Positions 27,790 through 38,478 of a DNA stretch of 64,000 nt are shown here, piece after piece; position 1 is the stretch's first letter, and every line of letters starts with the position of its first letter. A program made the translations under genes and the position numbers. The stretch is from Chloroflexota bacterium (GTDB lineage Bacteria > Chloroflexota > Dehalococcoidia > Lucifugimonadales > UBA826), in contig QGNN01000002.1 in assembly GCA_003228105.1 (NCBI GenBank), forward strand, positions 26 to 64,025. The letters run 5' to 3'. The notes beneath the pieces are model-generated. The model ran no database searches. It worked only from the letters and a program-made list of their open reading frames with translations, and was not told the origin of the DNA.

Positions 27790-29112
27790 ATGATTCAAGA
27801 TAAATTAGAAGCTTCTGAGCTAAAAACTTTTTACTGGCATTATGCCTGGGTGGTGGTTGCTATTATTGGTGGGATGCAGATAGTGGGTACATCTATCAGA
27901 ATGGCTTTTGGGGTGTTCATTGAGCCATTGCAGAATCAATTTGGATGGAGTCAGGGTGCAATTGGTTTCGCCTATGCAATTTGTAGCATAGTGTCAGCTG
28001 TTGTGTCTCCCTGGGCAGGTAACTTGGGAGATAGGTTTGGGGCAAAAAAATCGATGCTTGTCGGGACTTTTGTTTTTTTGATTGGTATGTTGACTACCGC
28101 TTTTGTAAAAAGTCTGTGGCAATTTTGGCTTACATTTGGGGTCATACTCGGTATTGCTCAGGCAATTTTTCTTGTACCTCTTATTCCCGCAGCTATGATC
28201 TGGTTTAGAAGGCACCTAGGGTTAGCTATGGGCCTCATTATGGCCTCATGGGGAATAGGGCCTGCATTGGCCACACCTCTTGTAGCCTTTATGATTCAAA
28301 CATTTGGTTGGACTGTTGCTTTTGTCTCCATAGGGATTGCCTCGACATTAATCATGTTGGCCTTGGTTTCTGTATTTAAAAACAGACCCACAGATGTAGG
28401 ACTTATGGCGTATGGTACTTTTAAAAGTGATCCACCACTTAGCGACAGACTCCCTCCTGCTATTCTTCTCGATGAGTTCAAAAGGCACATGAAAAAAACA
28501 ACCGCCTATTGGAATATGAGTTCTATTCATTTCCTTGGTTGTGTGGGGCATGCAGTGATCTTGATTTGGATAATTCCAATGGCCACTAGTAAGGGTATGA
28601 ACCTAATAGATGCTTCGCTAATTTTGACATTATTTTCGGCAGTCAGCATAGTCAGCAGATTAACAACTCCGGTTTTATGTGAAAGGCTGGGCGTGCGAAC
28701 TGTAATGACTGGGTTTTACATTTTGCAGGGAGCACCGGTATTACTTTTGATATTCTCATCGATGGATGGATGGGAGTTTTTAATATTTGCAGTCAGTTTT
28801 GGGATTGGATATGGAGGAGAAACTGGGGGATTCCCAATCCTTAATAGGAAATACTTCGGGCATGCGCCTATGGGAGGAGCTCATGGGTTTCAAATGCTGG
28901 GAGCTGGCATGGGCATGGCATTCGGGGGTTGGATTGGAGGCCCAGTTTTTGATATTTTTGATTCCTATAATGCTGCATTCGCTATTAGTGTAGTAGCTAG
29001 CTTTGCAGGTGCCGTGAGTATTATTCTGCTAGAGAATCCGGCCAAACTATTGATACCGGATTGGCAAAAATTAGAAGACGAATTCGAACCAAATTTGAAA
29101 ATCGCCACATGA
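27790..29112 (+). CDS. MFS transporter (oxalate/formate antiporter-like)
   Basis: 440 aa, 12 TM; GNLGDRFGAKK loop. Confidence 0.8.
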   Translation: MIQDKLEASELKTFYWHYAWVVVAIIGGMQIVGTSIRMAFGVFIEPLQNQFGWSQGAIGFAYAICSIVSAVVSPWAGNLGDRFGAKKSMLVGTFVFLIGMLTTAFVKSLWQFWLTFGVILGIAQAIFLVPLIPAAMIWFRRHLGLAMGLIMASWGIGPALATPLVAFMIQTFGWTVAFVSIGIASTLIMLALVSVFKNRPTDVGLMAYGTFKSDPPLSDRLPPAILLDEFKRHMKKTTAYWNMSSIHFLGCVGHAVILIWIIPMATSKGMNLIDASLILTLFSAVSIVSRLTTPVLCERLGVRTVMTGFYILQGAPVLLLIFSSMDGWEFLIFAVSFGIGYGGETGGFPILNRKYFGHAPMGGAHGFQMLGAGMGMAFGGWIGGPVFDIFDSYNAAFAISVVASFAGAVSIILLENPAKLLIPDWQKLEDEFEPNLKIAT

Positions 29113-29128
29113 GAATGGAGTTATTTAT

Positions 29129-30547
29129 ATGTCTAAATCGGAAATAGTAAATATGACGGCCACTGAAATGGTTGGATTAATTAAAAATAAGGACATTTCA
29201 GCATCAGAGGTGATGGATGCCCACCTAAGTCAAATAAATTCTGTGAATCCTAAAGTCAACGCCATAGTTACTATTCATCCCGAGCTAGGAATTGACGGAG
29301 CCAGACTCGCAGATGAAGCAATTGCCAAAGGAGAAAAATTAGGGATATTACATGGACTTCCTACCGCTCATAAGGATTTGGTTCCAACTAAAGGTATTCG
29401 GACGACATACGGTTCACCTTTGTATGCTGACTACATACCTGACTACAGCGCATTAATAGTGGAGAGGATGCAGAAGGCTGGGGCTATCACAATTGGCAAA
29501 ACCAACACGCCAGAGTTTGGAGCGGGGTCTCAAACTTACAATGAGGTTTTTGGGGAAACGTTGAATCCTTATGACACCAGCACAACCTGCGGCGGCAGTA
29601 GCGGCGGTGCAGCTGTGGCCCTCGCTACTAGAATGGTCCCGATTGCTGATGGAAGTGATACCGGAGGGTCTCTACGTAACCCAGCAAATTTTTGTAATGT
29701 TGTCGGATTCAGAACATCTCCTGGCCGAGTTCCTACTTATCCATCTAAGGTGGGTTGGAGTCCAATATCAGTACAAGGTCCTATGGCCCGAACGGTTTCT
29801 GACTGTGCCCTTTTTCTGGCAGCTATAGCCGGACCTGATTCTAGGGTCCCCATCTCAATAAGTGAAAAAGGTGAAGTTTTTTTGGAATCGCTGGACAGGG
29901 ATTTTAAGAATGTGAAAATTGCATGGAGCCAAGATTTGGGAGGATTACCAATTGATCCCCGAACCACCGCTGTAATTGAATCTCAGAGGTCAGTTTTTAA
30001 AGATATAGGATGCTTAATTGCGGAAACGGAGCCGGATTTTTCGGATGTAAACGAGCAGTTTTTGATTTGGCGAGGATGGGGAAGGGAAATAAATCAGGGA
30101 GATACTCTAAGGAACAACAGAGATAAATTGAAAGATACAATGATTTGGGATATTGAGCAGGGGGTCAAATTATCTGGACCAGACGTGGGATGGGCCGAAG
30201 CTAAAAGAATGGAATTGTTCCAACGCATGAACCAATTTATGGATGAATATGAATTTCTTATATGCCCTGTGAGTCAAAGGCCCCCTTTTAATATTGAGCA
30301 AAGATGGGTTTCTGAGATAAACGGTGTGGAAATGGAAAACTTTATTGCTTGGATGAAATCCTGTTATTACATAACAGCCACGGGACATCCTGCGATTTCG
30401 GTTCCTTGTGGGTTTACTCCTGAAGGACTTCCAGTTGGAGTTCAGATTGTTGGGAGATATAGGGATGAATTTGGGGTCTTACAACTTGCTAAAGCTTTTG
30501 AAGACGCCACTGGATTCTGGAAATCAATCCCTTCTGTTTGCCATTGA
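29129..30547 (+). CDS. amidase (amidase-signature family)
   Basis: 472 aa. GGSSGGAAVALA and GSDTGGSLRNPA signature. Confidence 0.9.
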   Translation: MSKSEIVNMTATEMVGLIKNKDISASEVMDAHLSQINSVNPKVNAIVTIHPELGIDGARLADEAIAKGEKLGILHGLPTAHKDLVPTKGIRTTYGSPLYADYIPDYSALIVERMQKAGAITIGKTNTPEFGAGSQTYNEVFGETLNPYDTSTTCGGSSGGAAVALATRMVPIADGSDTGGSLRNPANFCNVVGFRTSPGRVPTYPSKVGWSPISVQGPMARTVSDCALFLAAIAGPDSRVPISISEKGEVFLESLDRDFKNVKIAWSQDLGGLPIDPRTTAVIESQRSVFKDIGCLIAETEPDFSDVNEQFLIWRGWGREINQGDTLRNNRDKLKDTMIWDIEQGVKLSGPDVGWAEAKRMELFQRMNQFMDEYEFLICPVSQRPPFNIEQRWVSEINGVEMENFIAWMKSCYYITATGHPAISVPCGFTPEGLPVGVQIVGRYRDEFGVLQLAKAFEDATGFWKSIPSVCH

Positions 30548-30551
30548 TGTT

Positions 30552-31232
30552 TCAATTTATGTTGGATGAAATCTCTCCAAGTGACATTTTTTGGATATCC
30601 GGGACTTGAGCTCCTTTTTCTGCGTAGCCTGCTACAAGGAGTAAGAATGGGCGTTCGTTTTTTGGTCGCTTAAATATTTTGTTTAGAAACCCCATAGGGC
30701 TAGGGGTATGCGTAAGAGTGGACAACCCTGCGTTATGAAGGGCGGTTATTAGAATGCCAGTCGCTATACCTACCGATTCTGTTGCGTAATAGTGTTTCAC
30801 CCGGGAACCGTCCGGCAATATCCCGTAACTTTTAACAAATATGGCAATCAGGAATGGTGCGGTTTCTAGAAAAGATTTATTGGCGTCTGTCCCTAACGGT
30901 TCCAAAGCCTTTAGCCATTCTGGGGACGCTTTTGTTTGATAGAAGTCCCGTTCTTCTTTCTCAGCTTCCTCCCGAATGATTTCACGAGCCTCCCCCTGAC
31001 CCGAAACAGCGAAATGCCAAGGTTGCATATTTGCTCCGCTTGGAGCTGTCCCCGCGGCTAAAATGCAATTATCGATTATGGACCTGGATACTCCTTCCGA
31101 AGAAAAATCGCGCACAGTTCGACGCTGTCTGATGTGCATATAGAATTCTTCAGATCTAGATTCCATTTCTTTATTACTAAAATGTTTTGCATTAGGCAAT
31201 GGAATTAATCTTGCATCCACTTTGTCCTCCAT
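30552..31232 (-). CDS. nitroreductase-family flavoprotein
   Basis: 226 aa. RRTVRDFS, APSGANMQPWHF. Confidence 0.8.
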   Translation of the reverse strand: MEDKVDARLIPLPNAKHFSNKEMESRSEEFYMHIRQRRTVRDFSSEGVSRSIIDNCILAAGTAPSGANMQPWHFAVSGQGEAREIIREEAEKEERDFYQTKASPEWLKALEPLGTDANKSFLETAPFLIAIFVKSYGILPDGSRVKHYYATESVGIATGILITALHNAGLSTLTHTPSPMGFLNKIFKRPKNERPFLLLVAGYAEKGAQVPDIQKMSLGEISSNIN

Positions 31233-31345
31233 TAAATTAGGTCATAGCAATTCTTAGGTTCTTCTATCATCTGCACGGTTTCTCATCACGCTGATGTTAT
31301 CCTAGGTGAAATACGCGACGATAATCCAGACCCGAAAGGCATATT

Positions 31346-32446
31346 ATGAAAATAACGAATGTTAAAGTTGAAATGTTCAATTGGACCACAGAAGCTTGGA
31401 CAATTGGTGTGGGCACCTCATTTGGCAACACACGCCAACTCGGGATTGTTACTGTCGAGACAGATGAAGGTATAAGTGGCAATTCGTTTTTGGGTTCTTC
31501 ACGGGTTGGGGCAGATCATTTTGCTCCTGGACTAATAGAATTTATCAAACCATTGATTATGGGCCGGAATCCCCAGGATATCGGTGCCATTTGGTGGGAT
31601 ATGTGGAAAATGAATCGGTCTGTGTCCACGAATGTAATTGGGGCTATCGATATTTGCCTGTGGGATATAAATGGGAAAATAGCCCAGCAGCCAATACATC
31701 GACTATTAGGTACCTGTAAAGAATCAGTTCCTGTTTACTCTAGTACCGCATTTCACGCCACAAAAGAAGAATATGCGGAAGAAGCAATCAAATTTAAGGA
31801 GATGGGTTGGACTGCACACAAGATCCATCCACATGGGAATCCTGCTTACGATATTGAAATATCGCAGGCAGTGCGGGAAGCGGTAGGAGGTGATATGAAA
31901 CTCATGTTGGATTCAATGTGGGCCTACCAATATGAAGATGCAATGAGAGTAGGGAGGGCCATTGAAGAACTGGATTTCTACTGGTACGAGGATCCTTTGG
32001 TAGAAGAAGATATTTATAACTATGTAAAATTGCACGATAAATTAGATATACCGATTATGTCTACTGAATATGCTCCAGGAAGATATTATGGAATGACCCA
32101 GTGGATAACCCAGTATGCAACTGACATACTAAGGGGAGATGTGGCCGTGACTGGAGGAATTACCCCGATGGTTCGTCTTTGCCATCTTGCCGAAGGGTTC
32201 AATATGAAATGTGAGATTCACCATGGTGGTAACTCATTAAACAACGTGGCGAATTTGCACGTAACTATGGCAGTACCTAACTGTGAATTTTTTGAATTTT
32301 TCCCATGTACAGGAGCCAATATGTTTGGGCTTGCGGAGGATATCCAATTTGAAGGTGGTGTGGTTTATGCACCGACAAAACCGGGACTTGGATATGAGAT
32401 TGACTGGGATATGTTGAAAAACGAATATACAGCTACAGCTGAATAA
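31346..32446 (+). CDS. enolase-superfamily enzyme (mandelate racemase subgroup-like)
   Basis: 366 aa. MKITNVKVEMF..., DICLWDINGK, HKIHPHG, LMLDSMWAY, YWYEDP, MSTEY, EIHHGG. Confidence 0.85.
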   Translation: MKITNVKVEMFNWTTEAWTIGVGTSFGNTRQLGIVTVETDEGISGNSFLGSSRVGADHFAPGLIEFIKPLIMGRNPQDIGAIWWDMWKMNRSVSTNVIGAIDICLWDINGKIAQQPIHRLLGTCKESVPVYSSTAFHATKEEYAEEAIKFKEMGWTAHKIHPHGNPAYDIEISQAVREAVGGDMKLMLDSMWAYQYEDAMRVGRAIEELDFYWYEDPLVEEDIYNYVKLHDKLDIPIMSTEYAPGRYYGMTQWITQYATDILRGDVAVTGGITPMVRLCHLAEGFNMKCEIHHGGNSLNNVANLHVTMAVPNCEFFEFFPCTGANMFGLAEDIQFEGGVVYAPTKPGLGYEIDWDMLKNEYTATAE

Positions 32447-32521
32447 AAAATGCCTGTCAGGTTAATTGAAAATTAAGACATCATTTAGTTTGGGAAAGCC
32501 TTTGACCGCGTTTGAACGGGT

Positions 32522-33772
32522 ATGAAATTACCCACCATACACACCTTAGATTCATTGCGGGCTTATCCTGATTATCGATATTTGTGGGCGGCAAATTTTT
32601 GCGCAAATACTGCACAATGGTTGCAGCTACTTACCTTAGGATGGCTAGTAAAATCCCTTACTGAAGATGGTTCTAATTCTGCCTTGCTTGTAGTGGGTGT
32701 AGGCGGGGCTGCAGCTCTACCTGGGATTATCATTGGCCCTTGGGGTGGGGTTTTAGGCGACCGGTTAAATCGTAAGAAGTTGGTCATTTTTCTTGAAATA
32801 TTTATGGTTTTGCTGGCTCTTTCCTTCGCTTTGTTGCTTTGGGCAGGATTCGTCCTTGTGTGGCATGTGTATACATTTGCACTGTTGGCAGGGTGCTGTG
32901 AAGCACTAAAAATGCCGATCCGCCAAGCACTTATTGCTAATACCGTTCCCTTCCATGCTCTTAGTAACGCATATGCTACTAGTGTTCTTACGATACCTGG
33001 CACCAGAATGATTGGCCCATTCATTGGAGGTATCATAGTTTCGAATGTGGGATTTTTTTGGAATTTCACCATTGAAGCACTTCTCTATCTAGGGGTCATA
33101 GTGGCTCTAATCCCGATGGCCACTCCTTATTTCATAAAACGAGAATTTGTTACGAGTTTTGGAATGTCACAGATGTTTACCGACATGGTGGATGGGTTTA
33201 AGTATCTGTGGAAACAACAGCGTCCTTTGACCTTGATTTATATGTTGTCTACCGCGCCAAATGTTGTTTTGCATCCTGTCATATTTTTGTTGCCTTTGTT
33301 TACTACAGACGTGCTTCATAGAGATGTTGATTATGGCGGCTACATGATGGCGGTTAATGGAGCTGGTGGATTGTTAATGGTGTTTGTATTTTCTGCATTT
33401 GGATTTCCAAAATGGCGGGGCCTACTTTGTATTCTTTCTGCTCTTGGTGGTGCCATTATGATTCTTTTATTGAGTCAATCTTTGTGGATAGTTCCAGCTT
33501 TTTTGGTCCTCGCAATTTTTGGTGCTACCCAGACCGCATTTCGAACGACAAATGGTGTTTTAACTCAAACATTGACGGAAGACCAATACAGGGTCCGGGC
33601 GATGAGTGCTTACCGAATTGGTATGGGTATGGTCGTCTTCTTTAGCCTTTTTGTGGGTTGGATGGCAGGGATCACGTCGGTTCGATCAAGTTTAGTGTTC
33701 ATGGGGGTTCTTGGGGTTGTTATTTCAATAGTTTTTTGGATCTTCTCCCCTTCAGTGCGAAACCAGGATTAA
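32522..33772 (+). CDS. MFS transporter (MFS_3 / EntS-like)
   Basis: 416 aa. YRYLWAANFCANTAQW, GVLGDRLNRKKL. Confidence 0.8.
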   Translation: MKLPTIHTLDSLRAYPDYRYLWAANFCANTAQWLQLLTLGWLVKSLTEDGSNSALLVVGVGGAAALPGIIIGPWGGVLGDRLNRKKLVIFLEIFMVLLALSFALLLWAGFVLVWHVYTFALLAGCCEALKMPIRQALIANTVPFHALSNAYATSVLTIPGTRMIGPFIGGIIVSNVGFFWNFTIEALLYLGVIVALIPMATPYFIKREFVTSFGMSQMFTDMVDGFKYLWKQQRPLTLIYMLSTAPNVVLHPVIFLLPLFTTDVLHRDVDYGGYMMAVNGAGGLLMVFVFSAFGFPKWRGLLCILSALGGAIMILLLSQSLWIVPAFLVLAIFGATQTAFRTTNGVLTQTLTEDQYRVRAMSAYRIGMGMVVFFSLFVGWMAGITSVRSSLVFMGVLGVVISIVFWIFSPSVRNQD

Positions 33773-33830
33773 ATCACATATTAACTTCCTCCTGAGACTC
33801 AGCTCCATGCCGTGGGACTGAACTTTACCA

Positions 33831-33858
33831 GTTAGTATTTGTGAGTTAGTATTTGTGA
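33831..33858. repeat. perfect 14-bp tandem duplication (gttagtatttgtga x2) in an intergenic region
   Basis: Read directly: 33831-33844 is identical to 33845-33858. Confidence 0.9.
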
Positions 33859-33925
33859 ATCTTAATTCCTGTATCTAATAACAAATTCATACCGGCAGAC
33901 TAATAGTTCCACCAAAAAACTGTAG

Positions 33926-35266
33926 TTGGAAAGTACTCAAACTTTGTTTCAAAATGCCAAAAATAAATTAGGCGACAAGCAAAAAAACACATTCTATGGT
34001 TGGTATCTAGTTCCAGTCTTTGGTGCTGTAATGTTGGTAGCCACTACCCCTCTTTTCCATGCCATGGGCATCTGGGCAGTTGCAATGGAAAGAGCCTTTG
34101 GGTGGAATAGGACTCAACTGTCTTTAGCATTATCGTTTACGAGGGTGGAAGGCGGTATTTTAGGCCCTCTTGAAGGTTACCTAGTGGATAGGTTTGGCAC
34201 TAAACGCATGGTTTTAATAGGAATGATAATCATGGGGTGTGGATGGATAGTGTTTAGCCGTATAAATCATTTGTTAATCTTCTATTTTTCTTATTTGGTT
34301 ATAGCTCTTGGTCAGGGCCTAGGTAGTTGGTTGGCTTTAAATACCATGATGAACAATTGGTTTGTTAGAAGACGATCGTTTGCCATGGGTCTGTCTAATG
34401 CCATTTCTAGGTTTGGGGCATTATTCCTTGTACCACTGCTGGCCTGGCTTGTAGACCCAGACTTTTTAGATAGGCCAGGTTGGAGTTTAACTGCGTTCAT
34501 CCTAGGTATAGTCACTATATTGCTGGCCCTTCCGTTGACTAGCCTCCTTAGAAATAAACCGGAAGATTATGGATTGCTTCCGGACGGCGATACGGAAGAA
34601 GGCATTGAAAGACGGAACAAGGAAGCTTTAATCAGTGGTGTAACAATCGAGCAAGAGTATGACTTCACGGTATCACAGGCTTTGAGAACCCCGGCCTTTT
34701 GGTTTATAAGCCTTGGTCATGGATTCACATCGATGGTTTTGTTGGCATTTATGTTACATCTTGCGCCTATGATGACAGATCAAGGATACAGTTTGCAGAC
34801 GGCTGCGTTTGTTGTTTCAGCCTATACAGCAGTTTCTATGGTATTCCAATTGGTTGGAGGGTATGTTGGGGACCGGATGCCGAAAAATGTGGCATTAATG
34901 ATTTTTACTCTATGTCAGGCCCTTGGGGTTTTTGTTTTAACTTTCGGGCCTTCCAATCTTTTTGCGGCCTACGGGTTTGCTTTGCTGTTCGGGATAGGAT
35001 TTGGTGGAAGGAATCCTATATCCTCTTCCATACGAGGAGATTATTTTGGCAGAAAAAATTATGGCAAGATAATGGGGATATCTCAGGTGCCAATGAACGT
35101 GCTGTTGCTGATCGGACCGGTTTTTGCTGGGTTAATGCGTGACTCAACTGGCACCTATCAAACAGCGTTCGCCGTACTTGGTATACTGGCAGTCATTGGA
35201 GGATTTTGTTTCCTGTTTGCAAAAAAGCCTGTTCGTCCTGATGCCTATATAGCCACTCCCAATTAA
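33926..35266 (+). CDS. MFS transporter (oxalate/formate antiporter-like)
   Basis: 446 aa, 12 TM; GYLVDRFGTKR loop. TTG start directly after an in-frame stop. Confidence 0.8.
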   Translation: MESTQTLFQNAKNKLGDKQKNTFYGWYLVPVFGAVMLVATTPLFHAMGIWAVAMERAFGWNRTQLSLALSFTRVEGGILGPLEGYLVDRFGTKRMVLIGMIIMGCGWIVFSRINHLLIFYFSYLVIALGQGLGSWLALNTMMNNWFVRRRSFAMGLSNAISRFGALFLVPLLAWLVDPDFLDRPGWSLTAFILGIVTILLALPLTSLLRNKPEDYGLLPDGDTEEGIERRNKEALISGVTIEQEYDFTVSQALRTPAFWFISLGHGFTSMVLLAFMLHLAPMMTDQGYSLQTAAFVVSAYTAVSMVFQLVGGYVGDRMPKNVALMIFTLCQALGVFVLTFGPSNLFAAYGFALLFGIGFGGRNPISSSIRGDYFGRKNYGKIMGISQVPMNVLLLIGPVFAGLMRDSTGTYQTAFAVLGILAVIGGFCFLFAKKPVRPDAYIATPN

Positions 35267-36333
35267 AATTCTGCAGTAGCTACATTGGTTTTTGGATTCG
35301 GATGAACACCCACAGATTCTGCAACTAAAGAGTATGATTTTTTTCTGTCATCAAAGTAATAACAATTGGATACTATCCCTATATCAGGGGTTTGATAGCG
35401 TTCTGATGATGAGATAATTCCTTCTCTTACTTGGTCGGGGTCACCTTCTATATAGCTTTGGGTGGTTTGTTCCATATAGGCCCTGGCCTGATCGTCTAAT
35501 GGCCATACGGAAGCTTCTTCTGGGGGTAACAAACCTTTCGTTGTGATCCCCATCGTGGATATAATTTTGTTAATGCTCCTTGAAGATCCAACGAATTTAG
35601 CTTTTTCCTCTGTATCGGCGCATATCACCTGCAGGCTCACATTTACTTTGGGTTCTGATAAATAGTCAGATGGTTTGAAGTTATTTCTATATAAATCAGT
35701 AACCTGAGGACCGTATTCTGAGGTGTTTCCAAAAAAATCCGCGAAACTAAACGGAAGGCCCATTTCTGCTGCTAATCTAGCGCTATAATCACTCGATCCC
35801 AGAAGCCACACTGACGGGTATGTATCTTTACCCGAAGATTGAGCTCTAATACCTGAGAGAGGATGATCATCTTCCACGGCATCTTCTAGAAAACTTAACA
35901 GGTCTTTGACCATTTGAGGAAAGTCACTGAAAACGTCCATTGTTGGTCTTGGGTATGTTAGAGCAGCGGCAGTTCTTCTATCACTACCAGGGGCTCTGCC
36001 AATTCCCAGGTCAATTCTGCTTGGATGGAAAGAATCCAATACACTGAATTGTTCAGCCACTTTAAGTGCAGAGTAATGGCTTAACATAACACCGCCGCTT
36101 CCTACACGGATAGTAGAGGTTTTTGCTGCTATCTGCCCTATTAGAATTTCTGGACTCGTTCCGGAAAAAGAGTTGGAATTGTGGTGTTCCGATACCCAAT
36201 ACCGGGAATATCCAAGGTTTTCTGTATGTACTGCTAGGTCAACTGACTCATTTAACGCATCGGCAGGGGTGCCGCCACGCCGAATCGGTGATTGGTCTAC
36301 CACCGTTAGCTTTATGTCTTTCATAGATACCAT
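35263..36333 (-). CDS. LLM-class flavin-dependent oxidoreductase (luciferase family, group 1 / YhbW-like)
   Basis: 356 aa. LTVVDQSPI...GYSRYWVSEHHN, GSGGVMLSHYS, IDLGIGRAPG. Confidence 0.85.
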   Translation of the reverse strand: MVSMKDIKLTVVDQSPIRRGGTPADALNESVDLAVHTENLGYSRYWVSEHHNSNSFSGTSPEILIGQIAAKTSTIRVGSGGVMLSHYSALKVAEQFSVLDSFHPSRIDLGIGRAPGSDRRTAAALTYPRPTMDVFSDFPQMVKDLLSFLEDAVEDDHPLSGIRAQSSGKDTYPSVWLLGSSDYSARLAAEMGLPFSFADFFGNTSEYGPQVTDLYRNNFKPSDYLSEPKVNVSLQVICADTEEKAKFVGSSRSINKIISTMGITTKGLLPPEEASVWPLDDQARAYMEQTTQSYIEGDPDQVREGIISSSERYQTPDIGIVSNCYYFDDRKKSYSLVAESVGVHPNPKTNVATAEF

Positions 36334-36406
36334 ATTTGTTCAGAAAGGATAACAAAGTACCTACCTAGCTGTCTCCATTGGGCTGGGTGAGGTAAAATTC
36401 TTTTTT

Positions 36407-37360
36407 ATGGTACCCCCACAACCGGAAGAAAAAATAGATACGCTTGAAAAAAGAAAGCCAGCGGGACTGATGCCCACTGTTTTTCAGATATTCCTATCTT
36501 TGTTTTGGGGAGGTAATCACGTAAGTATAAAAGCATCTCTTGAGTATGGATCACCTTTGCAAGTTGGATGGATGAGGTTTGTGCTCGGAGGGACGGTAAC
36601 TTTTGCTTATATGCTCCTCAGAAAAGAGTCTTTTAAAGTTAACAAAAATGAAATTCGCCCCATTTTGATAATAGGGACTCTTTTCACAGTACAGATTATG
36701 TTCATGAATGTAGGTCAATATTTGACTACTGCTGGGCATGCCACCGCGCTAAATTCCACTTACCCCATTTGGGCGGCAGTAATAGCCCATTTCTTAGTTC
36801 CAACCGATACTCTTACTCGATGGAAAGTATTGGCAATTGTTCTGTCCTACCTAGGTATACTGACGATAGTTTTTGGGGATGCGGGAATTGTCATACCAGG
36901 TGTTTCGATAAAAGGTGACTTGATGAGCCTTTTGTCAGCCATTTTGTTGGGGTTGCGGCTGGTTTTGATGTCCAATTTTGCACAAAGTATGTCTGAGGCG
37001 AAAATTATGTTTGGGCAACTTGTTATAGGAGTAACGCTGTTTTTCATAGGCAGTTTGCTTTTTGAATCCCCACAATACAGCATTGAGTTAAGATTTTGGT
37101 TAGCACTTGCCTATCAAGGATTTGTGATCGCTGGATTCGGATTTCTTGCAAATGCATGGTTGGTAAAGAAATATCTACCTTCAACAGTAACATTTTACTC
37201 ATTTATACAACCGGCTGCGGGGGTCCTATTGGCATGGTTGGTTCTTTCAGAGGATCCAGGCCGAGGATTGCTAGGAGGCCTTGTATTTGTAGTTGCGGGT
37301 GCTGTTACGTTTGGTTCTGAGTCGTTCATTAAATCCAAGAGACGGAAGGTTTTAGCATAA
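36407..37360 (+). CDS. DMT-superfamily (EamA-like) transporter
   Basis: 317 aa, 10 TM in two EamA halves. The stop overlaps the next ATG by 1 nt. Confidence 0.8.
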   Translation: MVPPQPEEKIDTLEKRKPAGLMPTVFQIFLSLFWGGNHVSIKASLEYGSPLQVGWMRFVLGGTVTFAYMLLRKESFKVNKNEIRPILIIGTLFTVQIMFMNVGQYLTTAGHATALNSTYPIWAAVIAHFLVPTDTLTRWKVLAIVLSYLGILTIVFGDAGIVIPGVSIKGDLMSLLSAILLGLRLVLMSNFAQSMSEAKIMFGQLVIGVTLFFIGSLLFESPQYSIELRFWLALAYQGFVIAGFGFLANAWLVKKYLPSTVTFYSFIQPAAGVLLAWLVLSEDPGRGLLGGLVFVVAGAVTFGSESFIKSKRRKVLA

Positions 37361-38478
37361 TGAAAATTACTGATGTAATAAGTGAAGTTTTTGAGTGGGA
37401 AAGGCCAGGAATTTGGAATGGAGGCCACTTTTATGGCCCAGGTAGACTCCATAAAGTCACAGTTAAGACGGATGAAGGAACTGATGGGTTTGGTTGGAAT
37501 GGTGGTACTGCTGCTGAAAGGCCTTTGAATGTGTTTCCTCCTTTTGTCGATTATTTTCGTGACTTGTTGATTGGAAGAGATCCGCTTGAAACTAGGAAGA
37601 TAACGGAAGATTTGGGTGAAAAACACATAAAAATACTTGGTCCAGGGGGAGTTAATACACAAGTTTTAGCAGCAATAAACATCGCCTGTTGGGATATAAA
37701 AGGTAAAGCATTAGGAAAATCAGTCCATGAATTACTAGGAGGGAGCCAAGACCGTATTAGAACATATATTGCTGGAGGTTATTATGCCGAGGGGAAAGGA
37801 CTCAAAGAACTTCAAGATGAGGTTCTTTTCAATATTAATGAAATGAATGCTGGTGCTGTGAAGATTAAAATCGGGGATCCAAATCAAGGTATTAGAGGTG
37901 ATATGCTCAGGGTGGAGGCAGCTAGAAAGGCTGTAGGGGATGATGTGGTTTTGATGGTTGATGCAAATTGTGCTTTAGATTTGAATCAATCATTAAAATT
38001 TGCTCATGAACTAGATAAATTTGGAGTGTATTGGTTTGAGGAACCTATGCCAATACATCGATATAGAGAACATGGTGTTTTGAAAGAAAACTCGAAGGTG
38101 AAAATTGCTACTGGCGAAAACGGATACCACCTTTCTCATTTCGAAACCCTCCTTGATCATCAGGGAGCTGATATTCTGAACGTTGACGTTGCAATTTGCT
38201 CTGGATATGACATTGCTAAAGATATAACCGATCTAGCTAAAGAAAAAGGTGTATCGATAGCTCCGCATGGCTGCCAAGAACTTCAATTACCTCTTGCTGC
38301 TGGTATACCTCATGGGGAATTCTTGGAATACTATCCAGTTGCGGTTGACCCACTTAGGTCAGATATGTTTATACCACGAATGACTCCCGACACTGATGGA
38401 TATGTTACTGTGCCTGACAGACCCGGGATTGGATTTGAATTGAATATGGAGCTGTTGGATAGGTACAAATTGTCATGA
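37360..38478 (+). CDS. enolase-superfamily enzyme (mandelate racemase subgroup: KxK, D-E-E ligands, His base)
   Basis: 372 aa. AVKIKIG, MVDANCA, WFEEP, ATGENG, IAPHG. Confidence 0.85.
   Translation: MKITDVISEVFEWERPGIWNGGHFYGPGRLHKVTVKTDEGTDGFGWNGGTAAERPLNVFPPFVDYFRDLLIGRDPLETRKITEDLGEKHIKILGPGGVNTQVLAAINIACWDIKGKALGKSVHELLGGSQDRIRTYIAGGYYAEGKGLKELQDEVLFNINEMNAGAVKIKIGDPNQGIRGDMLRVEAARKAVGDDVVLMVDANCALDLNQSLKFAHELDKFGVYWFEEPMPIHRYREHGVLKENSKVKIATGENGYHLSHFETLLDHQGADILNVDVAICSGYDIAKDITDLAKEKGVSIAPHGCQELQLPLAAGIPHGEFLEYYPVAVDPLRSDMFIPRMTPDTDGYVTVPDRPGIGFELNMELLDRYKLS

Noticed and set aside
32572-33072. 166-aa minus-strand ORF
   Set aside because: It is fully antisense to a well-formed 12-TM MFS gene. 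It is a Pro/Ala/Ser-rich mirror frame.
34699-35142. 147-aa alternative-frame ORF inside the MFS gene 33926..35266
   Set aside because: It is on the same strand in the wrong frame. Its Cys/Trp-rich composition is typical of off-frame translation.
37195-37662. 155-aa minus-strand ORF spanning the DMT/enolase junction
   Set aside because: It is antisense to two strongly supported, translationally coupled genes and has no motifs.
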